From a virus (lineage: Duplodnaviria > Caudoviricetes), in IMG/VR virus record IMGVR_UViG_3300020577_007013: a stretch of DNA of 64,000 bases. One strand, written 5' to 3'. Below are positions 8,712-16,190 of this stretch, piece by piece. The translations under genes were made by a program, and so were the position numbers. The notes beneath the pieces are model-generated. The model was not told the DNA's origin. It made no database searches and saw nothing but the letters and a program-made list of their open reading frames with translations. Each line of letters opens with the position of its first letter. The stretch's first letter is position 1.

Positions 8712-8949
8712 TCAAAATTTCTTTGACCTTTTCTTTATAAGTGGATTCTACTGCAGAGACCGAAACCGGAGAAGAATAGACTCTGTCAATGAAGTATATC
8801 GCATCGTCAGGAGCTACCATCGGCCATTCAGTAATCAATGACTTAGCTACTAAATGAGTAGAATAGATTCTACCATTTTTATTTGATTTCTTCAAGAATC
8901 TCCTTGAGTTTGTCACAGTAAACTTTCTTATGAGCTTCTCTTGTGTCAT
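8701..8949 (-). CDS. Mini-protein: copy of MCP residues 108-129 plus tag (likely TTG start at 8895)
   Basis: TEWPMVAPDDAIYFIDRVYSSP is 16/22 identical to the MCP; AAGGAG precedes the TTG at 8895. Confidence 0.85.
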   Translation of the reverse strand: MTQEKLIRKFTVTNSRRFLKKSNKNGRIYSTHLVAKSLITEWPMVAPDDAIYFIDRVYSSPVSVSAVESTYKEKVKEILNEA

Positions 8950-9082
8950 TTGTAAGAGTGACTTCAGCCATAGTAGTATAAGAGTATCCTATACTATTGA
9001 CTTTTCCCATCTTGACACCTCCGTAGAACATTTCAAATTGTCCTGAACTCAGGTCTAGAAATCCGTGAGAACTACTTGACAA
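8879..9082 (-). CDS. Mini-protein: copy of MCP residues 279-293 plus tag
   Basis: NSIGYSYTTMAEVTL vs NILGYSYTRMAEMML (10/15). Confidence 0.8.
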   Translation of the reverse strand: MSSSSHGFLDLSSGQFEMFYGGVKMGKVNSIGYSYTTMAEVTLTNDTREAHKKVYCDKLKEILEEIK

Positions 9083-9284
9083 TGTCTTCTACCTTCTTTA
9101 CATATTCTTTTTCAAGTTCGGTTTTTTCTTTGATCTCACCTTGAACCCATTCCATAGTATATAGCTCCATGGCTTTCTGAACATGTGGATTATTGAAATA
9201 TAAATATTGGCTCTCTAAAAGTTCAGCGGCTTTTCTAGCTTTACTGTCATCTAGGAAATATTTCTTGATCTTGTCAATCCACAT
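9072..9284 (-). CDS. Mini-protein: copy of MCP residues 55-73 plus tag
   Basis: SKARKAAELLESQYLYFNN vs SRARNTALALENQERYLKN (9/19). Confidence 0.75.
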   Translation of the reverse strand: MWIDKIKKYFLDDSKARKAAELLESQYLYFNNPHVQKAMELYTMEWVQGEIKEKTELEKEYVKKVEDIVK

Positions 9285-9522
9285 CTTCGATAATTTTCTC
9301 TATTTCATCCTTGTAGTTAGTTTTCATTTTTGGATCTAACTTAACTCTTGGTTGTGGATATTGTCTCATGAATCCTGTGCAATCTATCCAGTCATCGAAG
9401 ATAAGTTGCATCTCAGATCTAGTGACTCCACCAAAGTCCATGCTATTATTGATCGAGACTATTCCACCGATCTTTCGACCATTCTGATCGAACACTCCTC
9501 CATCTCTGAGTTCAATTATCAT
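9274..9522 (-). CDS. Mini-protein with C-terminal tag
   Basis: 82 aa; ends NYKDEIEKIIEDVD. Confidence 0.75.
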   Translation of the reverse strand: MIIELRDGGVFDQNGRKIGGIVSINNSMDFGGVTRSEMQLIFDDWIDCTGFMRQYPQPRVKLDPKMKTNYKDEIEKIIEDVD

Positions 9523-9685
9523 CTAACATGTCCAAAAGCTTTTGCTTCTGTTCTTCTTCTTGAAGTTTTCTATTGAGTCGCTTTAGATTTTTGACTTCAT
9601 CCATTTGATGAATCAGCTCATTGACCTTTTCTAAATAGTCGGAGTCGCCTTCATTGTCAGACTTTGAGAATTTACTTGTCCTCAT
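9512..9685 (-). CDS. 57-aa mini-protein with tag (not in ORF track)
   Basis: MRTSKFSKSDNEGDSDYLEKVNELIHQMDEVKNLKRLNRKLQEEEQKQKLLDMLDDN; overlaps both neighbours. Confidence 0.7.
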   Translation of the reverse strand: MRTSKFSKSDNEGDSDYLEKVNELIHQMDEVKNLKRLNRKLQEEEQKQKLLDMLDDN

Positions 9686-10163
9686 AGGTCTCTTCTGTGT
9701 CGATTTTTAGTTCAGTCATTCCACTAGGCTTTCCATCTAACATCATTGTTGGAGGACTTATAAAAGGTAGCTGAGTTATTGGAAGATAAGGTGCATGAAT
9801 GTAGCCTTCAGTTAATTCAGAAAGTTCCATGACTTCAGGCTCTTTCTTTTTATTCTTGAAATTTGACATAAGAGCTTTGACATCCAGCTCTCCGTCTTTA
9901 TTGAAAATTTCTTTCTTTTTGTATTCTCTCTTAAAGAGATCTTTGAATTTTTCCCAAAGAGACTTTTTACGTGGAGAGTAATGCTTAAGTTTTCCGTACA
10001 TTCTGAAGAAGTCATCAGTCATTAATTCTTCATGAGTCTTCTCTTTTCTTTTCCAGAGTTTTTTCTGGAGTTTTTTCCAAAAAGACTTAGGCTTAGGTTC
10101 TACATACTGAAGACCAGGTTCTCCTAAATCTATGTAAGCTTTTATTTTCGAAATTTCAGACAC
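9672..10163 (-). CDS. Array protein with two amphipathic repeats and a gp23-type GY.HAPY.P motif
   Basis: KSFWKKLQKKLW and KSLWEKFKDLF; EGYIHAPYLPI. Confidence 0.75.
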   Translation of the reverse strand: MSEISKIKAYIDLGEPGLQYVEPKPKSFWKKLQKKLWKRKEKTHEELMTDDFFRMYGKLKHYSPRKKSLWEKFKDLFKREYKKKEIFNKDGELDVKALMSNFKNKKKEPEVMELSELTEGYIHAPYLPITQLPFISPPTMMLDGKPSGMTELKIDTEETYEDK

Positions 10164-10396
10164 TAAAAAAGATCCTTGATTTTTTGCTTGTACGAAGTCA
10201 ACAATTCAGTTGGATTATAATAGAGAGGCATTGATAGATTTTTAAGCCACTCAATTACTCTCTTGTCTCTTTCTCTTTGTCTAAGCTTATGTTCTTCAGC
10301 TATAGCATTTACGAGCATAAGCTCTATGTCTCCTATCTTAGAGAATGGACTTGAGTCTACCAACATAGTCATCCTTAACTTTACTTTTTCTTTCAT
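10163..10396 (-). CDS. Mini-protein: copy of MCP residues ~298-320 plus tag
   Basis: IGDIELMLVNAIAEEHKLR vs LGNVEDMLVRAVGDEHALR (10/19). Confidence 0.8.
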   Translation of the reverse strand: MKEKVKLRMTMLVDSSPFSKIGDIELMLVNAIAEEHKLRQRERDKRVIEWLKNLSMPLYYNPTELLTSYKQKIKDLF

Positions 10397-10529
10397 CTTC
10401 TACTACAGTTACAAAGCCATAGCCGATAGGGTCTTCATCAAAGAAATTCTTAGGAACTCCGGTAACTTTTGCTACCAGGTCGTAGAGTTCTCTGATCTTC
10501 TCATCTGTAAGTGATTCGTCTTTATTCAA
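10338..10529 (-). CDS. Mini-protein: portal-like segment plus tag (TTG start overlapping the VWA stop)
   Basis: LYDLVAKVTGVPKNFFD vs portal LLNALVVSTGLPRNLLD. Confidence 0.7.
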   Translation of the reverse strand: MNKDESLTDEKIRELYDLVAKVTGVPKNFFDEDPIGYGFVTVVEDERKSKVKDDYVGRLKSIL

Positions 10530-11935
10530 ATGATTGACCTGAAAGCTAACTTCGCTTGTGAAAGATCTTCGATATTTCCTGTATCCATGAAAGACAAAGA
10601 CTCTGAAAGTTTGTTGCAATTTTCAATGTTACCCATATCTTCCAAGAATACGAAGTGGAATTTCTTTCCTTGTACTCTATGCTTAATAAGTTCATTCATG
10701 GTAGGGATTCTGATATCCTCTGTACCGTCTGTTACCATAATGATGTCCGACTTATCAAGACCGTCTACTTCATTCTTGTCAATGTCCTTCACAGCATAAG
10801 TGAGAGCCATGTCCATGTCAGTACCACCATCTGGATGTGTATTGAGAATGAAGTCAAGAAATGTATTCCAATGAGCTCTTCCTTTTAGAACGAACAAGCT
10901 TCCTAAACGTCCTTCAAACCATCTGCAATAGAATGTCGTTCCGTCTTTCATGGCTTTCTTCGCTAAAGCGATTGCCACTGCTTTAATGAACATTTGACGA
11001 TTGTTTTCATGAGTGGATCCTGAACGATCTAACAAAGCATAGAGACATTGTTTAAGATCTTTTCTCTCTTTGTATTTCATGACTCTCAATGATTTGGTCA
11101 TGATCTTACGGTCAAGAACATCATCAATTGTAACTTCGAACTTGACTGCCTTGCTTACATCGTTCATTTTCTTCATCTTAGAATAGTGAAGATTGGAAGA
11201 AATGTTTTCAGTCTCGTAGAGTTTTCCTCTCTTCGATTGACTGAAGAATGATGTCTCCAGATTTTTAGCGATCTCAAAAATGGAAGCATTTTCATTAGAG
11301 AGAAGTTGCTGAACCATTTGCTTGATCTTGAGCTTCTTGTCCAAGATCTCTTTATAGGTCCTATCAAAGTGACCCATATCTTTTGTTGAACCTGTATTTT
11401 CGGTTTTACCGTCATCTTCAGGAACATCGTATGAGTAGTTCATTATGTGCTCGAATAAGAATCCGAATGAAGAGAAGATCTTGGATACATTTTGTCCAGT
11501 TGATCCTCCACCCATACCACCGTTAGGCTGACGACCAGCTTTTTGATTTTCAATGATAGCTGAGAAGATCTGACAAACGAAGTCAAATTTCTCCTCTAAA
11601 GATAGAGACTTGGATTCAATGTACTGCTCAACAATATCAGACTCAGCAAAATGAATAATGTCCATTTTGAGTTTGAACATCTGAGCTTCAGTGTGCTCAA
11701 TATTATTGACTTCACCTTTTTTGTATCTGTCGATCGCATTTCTTGAAATCTCCAGATCTGATGACATATACTTGAAACAATTTGTCTTCCCTTGAGCTAT
11801 GAGACAAAGTGTATCTTCAAGAACCTCTTTTGGAAGTGCTGAAAGAGAAGGGTACTTAGCGTACCCCTTGTTCACCATGTCGGTATAGAATGTAGGGAGA
11901 TCTATCTTTATGAATCTCATTTTACTTCTTATCAT
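10526..11935 (-). CDS. VWA-domain protein (ViaA/CoxE-like)
   Basis: MIDAS LLDRSGST, GGTD, MVTDG. Confidence 0.88.
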   Translation of the reverse strand: MIRSKMRFIKIDLPTFYTDMVNKGYAKYPSLSALPKEVLEDTLCLIAQGKTNCFKYMSSDLEISRNAIDRYKKGEVNNIEHTEAQMFKLKMDIIHFAESDIVEQYIESKSLSLEEKFDFVCQIFSAIIENQKAGRQPNGGMGGGSTGQNVSKIFSSFGFLFEHIMNYSYDVPEDDGKTENTGSTKDMGHFDRTYKEILDKKLKIKQMVQQLLSNENASIFEIAKNLETSFFSQSKRGKLYETENISSNLHYSKMKKMNDVSKAVKFEVTIDDVLDRKIMTKSLRVMKYKERKDLKQCLYALLDRSGSTHENNRQMFIKAVAIALAKKAMKDGTTFYCRWFEGRLGSLFVLKGRAHWNTFLDFILNTHPDGGTDMDMALTYAVKDIDKNEVDGLDKSDIIMVTDGTEDIRIPTMNELIKHRVQGKKFHFVFLEDMGNIENCNKLSESLSFMDTGNIEDLSQAKLAFRSII

Positions 11936-13094
11936 CCATTGGGAAGATCTCGTCTTCTGAAAGTCCAGATTGTGAGACCTTATCTTCGATCAATTTCTTA
12001 AGATCTTTTGCTTTCTCAAGAACTGATTTTTGGCAATTAGCTTGAGTCCATTCAGAGATTTTATCTTTGATATGTGAAGCGAGAGCTGCAAGCATTCTTG
12101 TTCTCTCAAGCTTATCATCATATTTGAGAATCTTAGTGTGAAGAGCTTTCTCAAATTTCATGAGCTCCATTCCCATTGCCATTGATTTTTCTGATTTGTC
12201 AAAGACAGCATCGAATTTGTCTGAGTTCTTGATGTCTCCACCATTCACAAGTGCATATTTAATGCTCTTGAGATTCTCAACTTCAATTGTCTCTTGACCT
12301 TTGAGGAATGCATCAGCTTTAGCGACAAGCAACATTTTATTTTTCTTTCTCGGACTGATACCGATACTTGTCTGCTGTGTGTACTCATCAAGAATTGCAT
12401 CGAACATGATGAGAAGCATATCAGAGAATTGAGGCTTGTATTTCTCAAATTCTTCGTGAAGAATCTTCAGATCATGGAAAGCAAATTTCGGATATTCTTC
12501 GTCAGAGATTCCTCTTAAGAAGTTGGAGAACATTTTGATTCTGCTTTCTTGTTTTACCAAGTCAGCAACTTCAGATGTGAAGAGAATACGATCATAAACA
12601 GCTCGAAGTTCTTTCTCCTCCTCTCTCTCTTGATTCGTTGTCATGATAGCTGTGAGTAGCTTTGCTGGAATTGTTCTGCTCTGTCTCGTAGATGATCTCT
12701 CGTTCAAGATCTCATTTGCAGAAACGAGAAGCTCTTCAGAAGCATTAAAGAATTCGTCCAATCTCGCAAAGTCTGTTGTGAGAAGTGAACCTTCAATGTT
12801 ATGAACGATGTTACCTTTCTTGAATTCCTCAATTGACTGAGGACCCATGATGTATTGGTCGTCCATGAATCTTGTGAACTGTTGTTCAAAGACTGTAGCT
12901 CCTGTAAAGCCTTTAAGAATCTTCTGACTTAGAAGTGTCTTCGCTGTACCTGGAAGTCCTTTTAGAAGCACATGCTCCTTAATGAGAATTGCCAATTTTA
13001 TTTGGTTTGTCTCATACTCTCTTTCAGAGAAAAAGTCCTCCATCTTTTTGAAATAATCTTGATAGTCTTGTTTAAGTTTTTTTACTTCCTTCAC
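11922..13094 (-). CDS. MoxR-family AAA+ ATPase (RavA-like)
   Basis: EHVLLKGLPGTAKT, LDEFFNA, ILNER, AVYDRI, ISPR. Confidence 0.9.
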   Translation of the reverse strand: MKEVKKLKQDYQDYFKKMEDFFSEREYETNQIKLAILIKEHVLLKGLPGTAKTLLSQKILKGFTGATVFEQQFTRFMDDQYIMGPQSIEEFKKGNIVHNIEGSLLTTDFARLDEFFNASEELLVSANEILNERSSTRQSRTIPAKLLTAIMTTNQEREEEKELRAVYDRILFTSEVADLVKQESRIKMFSNFLRGISDEEYPKFAFHDLKILHEEFEKYKPQFSDMLLIMFDAILDEYTQQTSIGISPRKKNKMLLVAKADAFLKGQETIEVENLKSIKYALVNGGDIKNSDKFDAVFDKSEKSMAMGMELMKFEKALHTKILKYDDKLERTRMLAALASHIKDKISEWTQANCQKSVLEKAKDLKKLIEDKVSQSGLSEDEIFPMDDKK

Positions 13095-13114
13095 TGTGAT
13101 CTCCTTGTGTTTAT

Positions 13115-13615
13115 TTATATAACGTCTTCTAGAATCGACAACAAAAGCTTGCTGTCTTCTCTCTTTTGTTGTTTATAGTGTTCGATGAACTTCGAACCTT
13201 CTTCAAATTCGTTAATGTATCTTCTCATATAGTCTGATTTTCCATGAGAAACTATGTATTCATCATAGAATTCTCTCGTATTTATAATGTCAAGAGAATC
13301 TGTAGGAATTGGAAGCAAGCCATACACAATGTATTCACTTTTTGCTTTTCTATTGTCTTCAACTGGGCAGTTTGTCTGAAACAAATAATTGAGTCCTTCT
13401 GCTCTAGAAGGAACTAAAGTCTGAAAATATTCTATATTGCTTCTAGAGTAAGTCTGACAGAAAGCTGTAGAGCTTAAATCATTGTGATGAAAGTTCCTAA
13501 CATAGAATTCATCTGTAGGAAGCTCTAGATCTCTGACCATTGTCCTCACATATTCGTAATGTGAATGTGTGAGAAAGTTTTTGCCCACACCTAGAAATAA
13601 TTTCTCTAGTGTCAT
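13115..13615 (-). CDS. Hypothetical protein
   Basis: 166-aa ORF. Confidence 0.7.
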   Translation of the reverse strand: MTLEKLFLGVGKNFLTHSHYEYVRTMVRDLELPTDEFYVRNFHHNDLSSTAFCQTYSRSNIEYFQTLVPSRAEGLNYLFQTNCPVEDNRKAKSEYIVYGLLPIPTDSLDIINTREFYDEYIVSHGKSDYMRRYINEFEEGSKFIEHYKQQKREDSKLLLSILEDVI

Positions 13616-14248
13616 TCAATCAGCTAAGAGATCGTCAAGAGAGATTTGCTTCTTGATATGTTTCTTGAGCTCTTCGTCTTCTTTTCCTTCGAGTCCTGTT
13701 GTAGTGCCAGCTTCACCTTCAGTATGTTGGAAAAGATACCGACCGTTCGAAACGCATTCTGAGTACTTGTTGATGAAGCAACCTACAAACTGTGAATCAT
13801 TTTTGCAACCATCGCAAGAGTCAGAAACGATTTGAATTTGATCAGGCTTTCTTACTCCATTGTATCCTACAAACGTCTTTTCATCTTCAGCTATCTTTGC
13901 AGTCTTTAAAAGATTCTCAGCTTGCTCTTCTGAAAGACCCATTGCCATAAGAGATTCTTTAGTCTCTTCAGGAATTTGAGCTGCTGCAGCTTCTTCATCA
14001 ATGTCTCCTGCTGCTACTTCTTCTTGATTTTCTTCGAAGTTTTCTTCTTCATGAAAGTCTTCCAAGACTTCAGCTTCTTGAGCTTTTTCTAAATTGATTT
14101 GTTTTTGTTGTTTAATCTCATCAGAAAGTGGTTCCCAAAGTTCATAGTCTGCATTTCCTAAACAGAATTTTTTAGCATCTATGCCTTTCGAACAATCTTT
14201 ATTTGCGTACCAACCGCAAGTGAGACAGGATTTGTTTTGCTGAGCCAT
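13616..14248 (-). CDS. Acidic protein with two Cys clusters
   Basis: CLTC..C..C and CDGC..C..C flank an acidic linker. Confidence 0.7.
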   Translation of the reverse strand: MAQQNKSCLTCGWYANKDCSKGIDAKKFCLGNADYELWEPLSDEIKQQKQINLEKAQEAEVLEDFHEEENFEENQEEVAAGDIDEEAAAAQIPEETKESLMAMGLSEEQAENLLKTAKIAEDEKTFVGYNGVRKPDQIQIVSDSCDGCKNDSQFVGCFINKYSECVSNGRYLFQHTEGEAGTTTGLEGKEDEELKKHIKKQISLDDLLAD

Positions 14249-14269
14249 GATTAATTATCATAGCTTTTG

Positions 14270-14578
14270 TCAATCGTCGATAATTATATGGCCGCTTTCA
14301 TTTACTTCAATTAATTCGTGATCCCTAGACACCGAAAAATAAGTGCAAGCGTCTTTGATATATTCCTTGGCTTTTTCGAAGTCTTTAAATTTAACTTCGA
14401 AAGTCCATCCTCCACTGACATAGCTAAAGCTTTTCCATTTACCCCCTTCTTTTTTATAAGGAACATAGTCGTACCCTTCTTTCTCTATTTTGTAATGGAC
14501 AGGAAGAGACTCTCTAGGAGTTTTCAAGACTTCTGGAAATCTTTCCTTAAGTGGTCTCTTAGATAAAGACACTGCCAT
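14270..14578 (-). CDS. Hypothetical protein
   Basis: 102-aa ORF. Confidence 0.6.
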   Translation of the reverse strand: MAVSLSKRPLKERFPEVLKTPRESLPVHYKIEKEGYDYVPYKKEGGKWKSFSYVSGGWTFEVKFKDFEKAKEYIKDACTYFSVSRDHELIEVNESGHIIIDD

Positions 14579-14945
14579 AACGTTCCTTCATAAAGTTCGA
14601 CCATAGACTTATCATATTGTCTCTTCCGTTAATGTTTGATGAATGGACTGTGAATCGTTCTACTTTACTGAGATCAATTTTTCCGTCAAGATCCATTTCG
14701 ACGAGTTTATTTAGGAAGTCTTTTCCTGTCTTCGACTCAAGTCCTAGGTCATGGTCAAGAGTCATCATTCTAGGAACTCCTAATTTAAGAATGAGCTCTA
14801 TAGCTTCATCATAAGTTCTAGCAATTTTCCAATTCCACTCTTCTCTCTTATACTTCTTCTGTCCTTTACAAGACAGTTCAGAAATAGCATTGGGAAATAT
14901 GTAATCGAGTTCCCTAATGTCGTCTAGGAAAAGATCATAGAGCAT
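14559..14945 (-). CDS. Cyclic-phosphate-processing receiver-domain protein
   Basis: LFLDDIR, ARTYDEA, LDHDLG..KTG, VHSSN..G. Confidence 0.8.
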   Translation of the reverse strand: MLYDLFLDDIRELDYIFPNAISELSCKGQKKYKREEWNWKIARTYDEAIELILKLGVPRMMTLDHDLGLESKTGKDFLNKLVEMDLDGKIDLSKVERFTVHSSNINGRDNMISLWSNFMKERYGSVFI

Positions 14946-16131
14946 GATTTGATATATTAAAGATTTCCTTAAGCTCTTTCAAAAACTTAGGATCTTTACA
15001 GAACTCTTTAGAAGGTTCATCAGATATCTTAGCGACAGGTTGTCCATTAATTTCTGACAACTTGATTACCATTTGAGGATTCTTTTTTCCGATATTGCAA
15101 GTCAGATGAGTACCTATTCCGAAGACGATTTTGATTTGACCATGAAATTTTTCATAGATCTCTGATGCTTTCTCAAATGTAATTGAGTCACTGAAGATTG
15201 CAGTTTTTGTCATTGGATCAATTTTCGATTTTTTGAGTTCCTGAATTAGAAAATCACACCATTCAATAGGATCACCGCTATCATGTCTGAATCCTGAAAA
15301 ATCAAGCAGTTGGGTTGAGAATTCTATCAATTGTCTAGAATTTATCGTGTCGGTCAAGGCTATATGATATTGTTCAGGATAGACTGAACTCCACATAGAG
15401 AAAGCTTCGTCTTGGAAGTATTGAATTGGATTCTGTCTTAAAACCTGAAATGCTTGGATGTACTCATGGGCCATAGTTCCAACTGCTCTAAGAGAAAATT
15501 TCTTAGCAAAGAAAACATTGCTCGTTCCAGTAAAATTCTCTGGACAATTTGTGAGAATCGCTCTTAAGATTGCTTCATGATGCCTAAATGATGCTCGTCT
15601 TCTAGTTCCGTAGTCTGAAAATTTAATTTCCTTAGCTTCCTTCTTTATGAAGGAAAGACCGTCCACTGTCTTATGGCAGAGTTCCAGTTCTTCTACCATG
15701 CTGAGACCGAACTCTCTTTCGAAATAGACTTCATTAAGGATGGATAGAATCGGTATCTCGAAGTAGGTGATCTCTTTCCAATTTCCTGAAATTTTGATTT
15801 GAAGCTTCCCATCCTGTTCATAGACATTTACATTTGATCTCTTCAACTTCAGAGTGGAGAGAAACTTAAGATAGTCTCTACTGAAGAGTCTAAAGGAATC
15901 CAAGTATTCGATGTCTTCTTTTGTGAAAGTGAGAGTACAAAGATGGTTAATTTCTTTTTCAATATCGTCTTTCCATTCTAGAAGATCGACTTCTGAACGA
16001 CAGATTAATTCGAAAGAAGCTGAGATATTCTCCCCTTTGAATCTCTCGAAGACGCAATTCCCCATTGTAAATTTGTAGAGATCCGTATCAAGTAGACTAT
16101 TGATGACCATAAATTTGCTCCGACATTTCAA
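14935..16131 (-). CDS. pncB: Nicotinate phosphoribosyltransferase
   Basis: SLLDTDLYKFTM, DYGTRRR, GTSNV, GTMAHE, RHDSGDP, FGIGT, VAKISD. Confidence 0.93.
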   Translation of the reverse strand: MKCRSKFMVINSLLDTDLYKFTMGNCVFERFKGENISASFELICRSEVDLLEWKDDIEKEINHLCTLTFTKEDIEYLDSFRLFSRDYLKFLSTLKLKRSNVNVYEQDGKLQIKISGNWKEITYFEIPILSILNEVYFEREFGLSMVEELELCHKTVDGLSFIKKEAKEIKFSDYGTRRRASFRHHEAILRAILTNCPENFTGTSNVFFAKKFSLRAVGTMAHEYIQAFQVLRQNPIQYFQDEAFSMWSSVYPEQYHIALTDTINSRQLIEFSTQLLDFSGFRHDSGDPIEWCDFLIQELKKSKIDPMTKTAIFSDSITFEKASEIYEKFHGQIKIVFGIGTHLTCNIGKKNPQMVIKLSEINGQPVAKISDEPSKEFCKDPKFLKELKEIFNISNHAL

Positions 16132-16190
16132 GTAAAGTCTTGAGTTGTTCTTTACCGATATAGACTGAGTCTACGTGAGAAACTTCTCCT

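Noticed and set aside
8362-10529. Fragmented pseudogene of a second MCP
   Set aside because: The fragments are out of order, two overlap in MCP coordinates, and each sits in an intact coupled ORF with a shared tag.
10530-10619. Extended 5' part of ORF 10338-10619
   Set aside because: It lies inside the VWA gene; the TTG at 10529 overlapping the VWA stop is the more plausible start.
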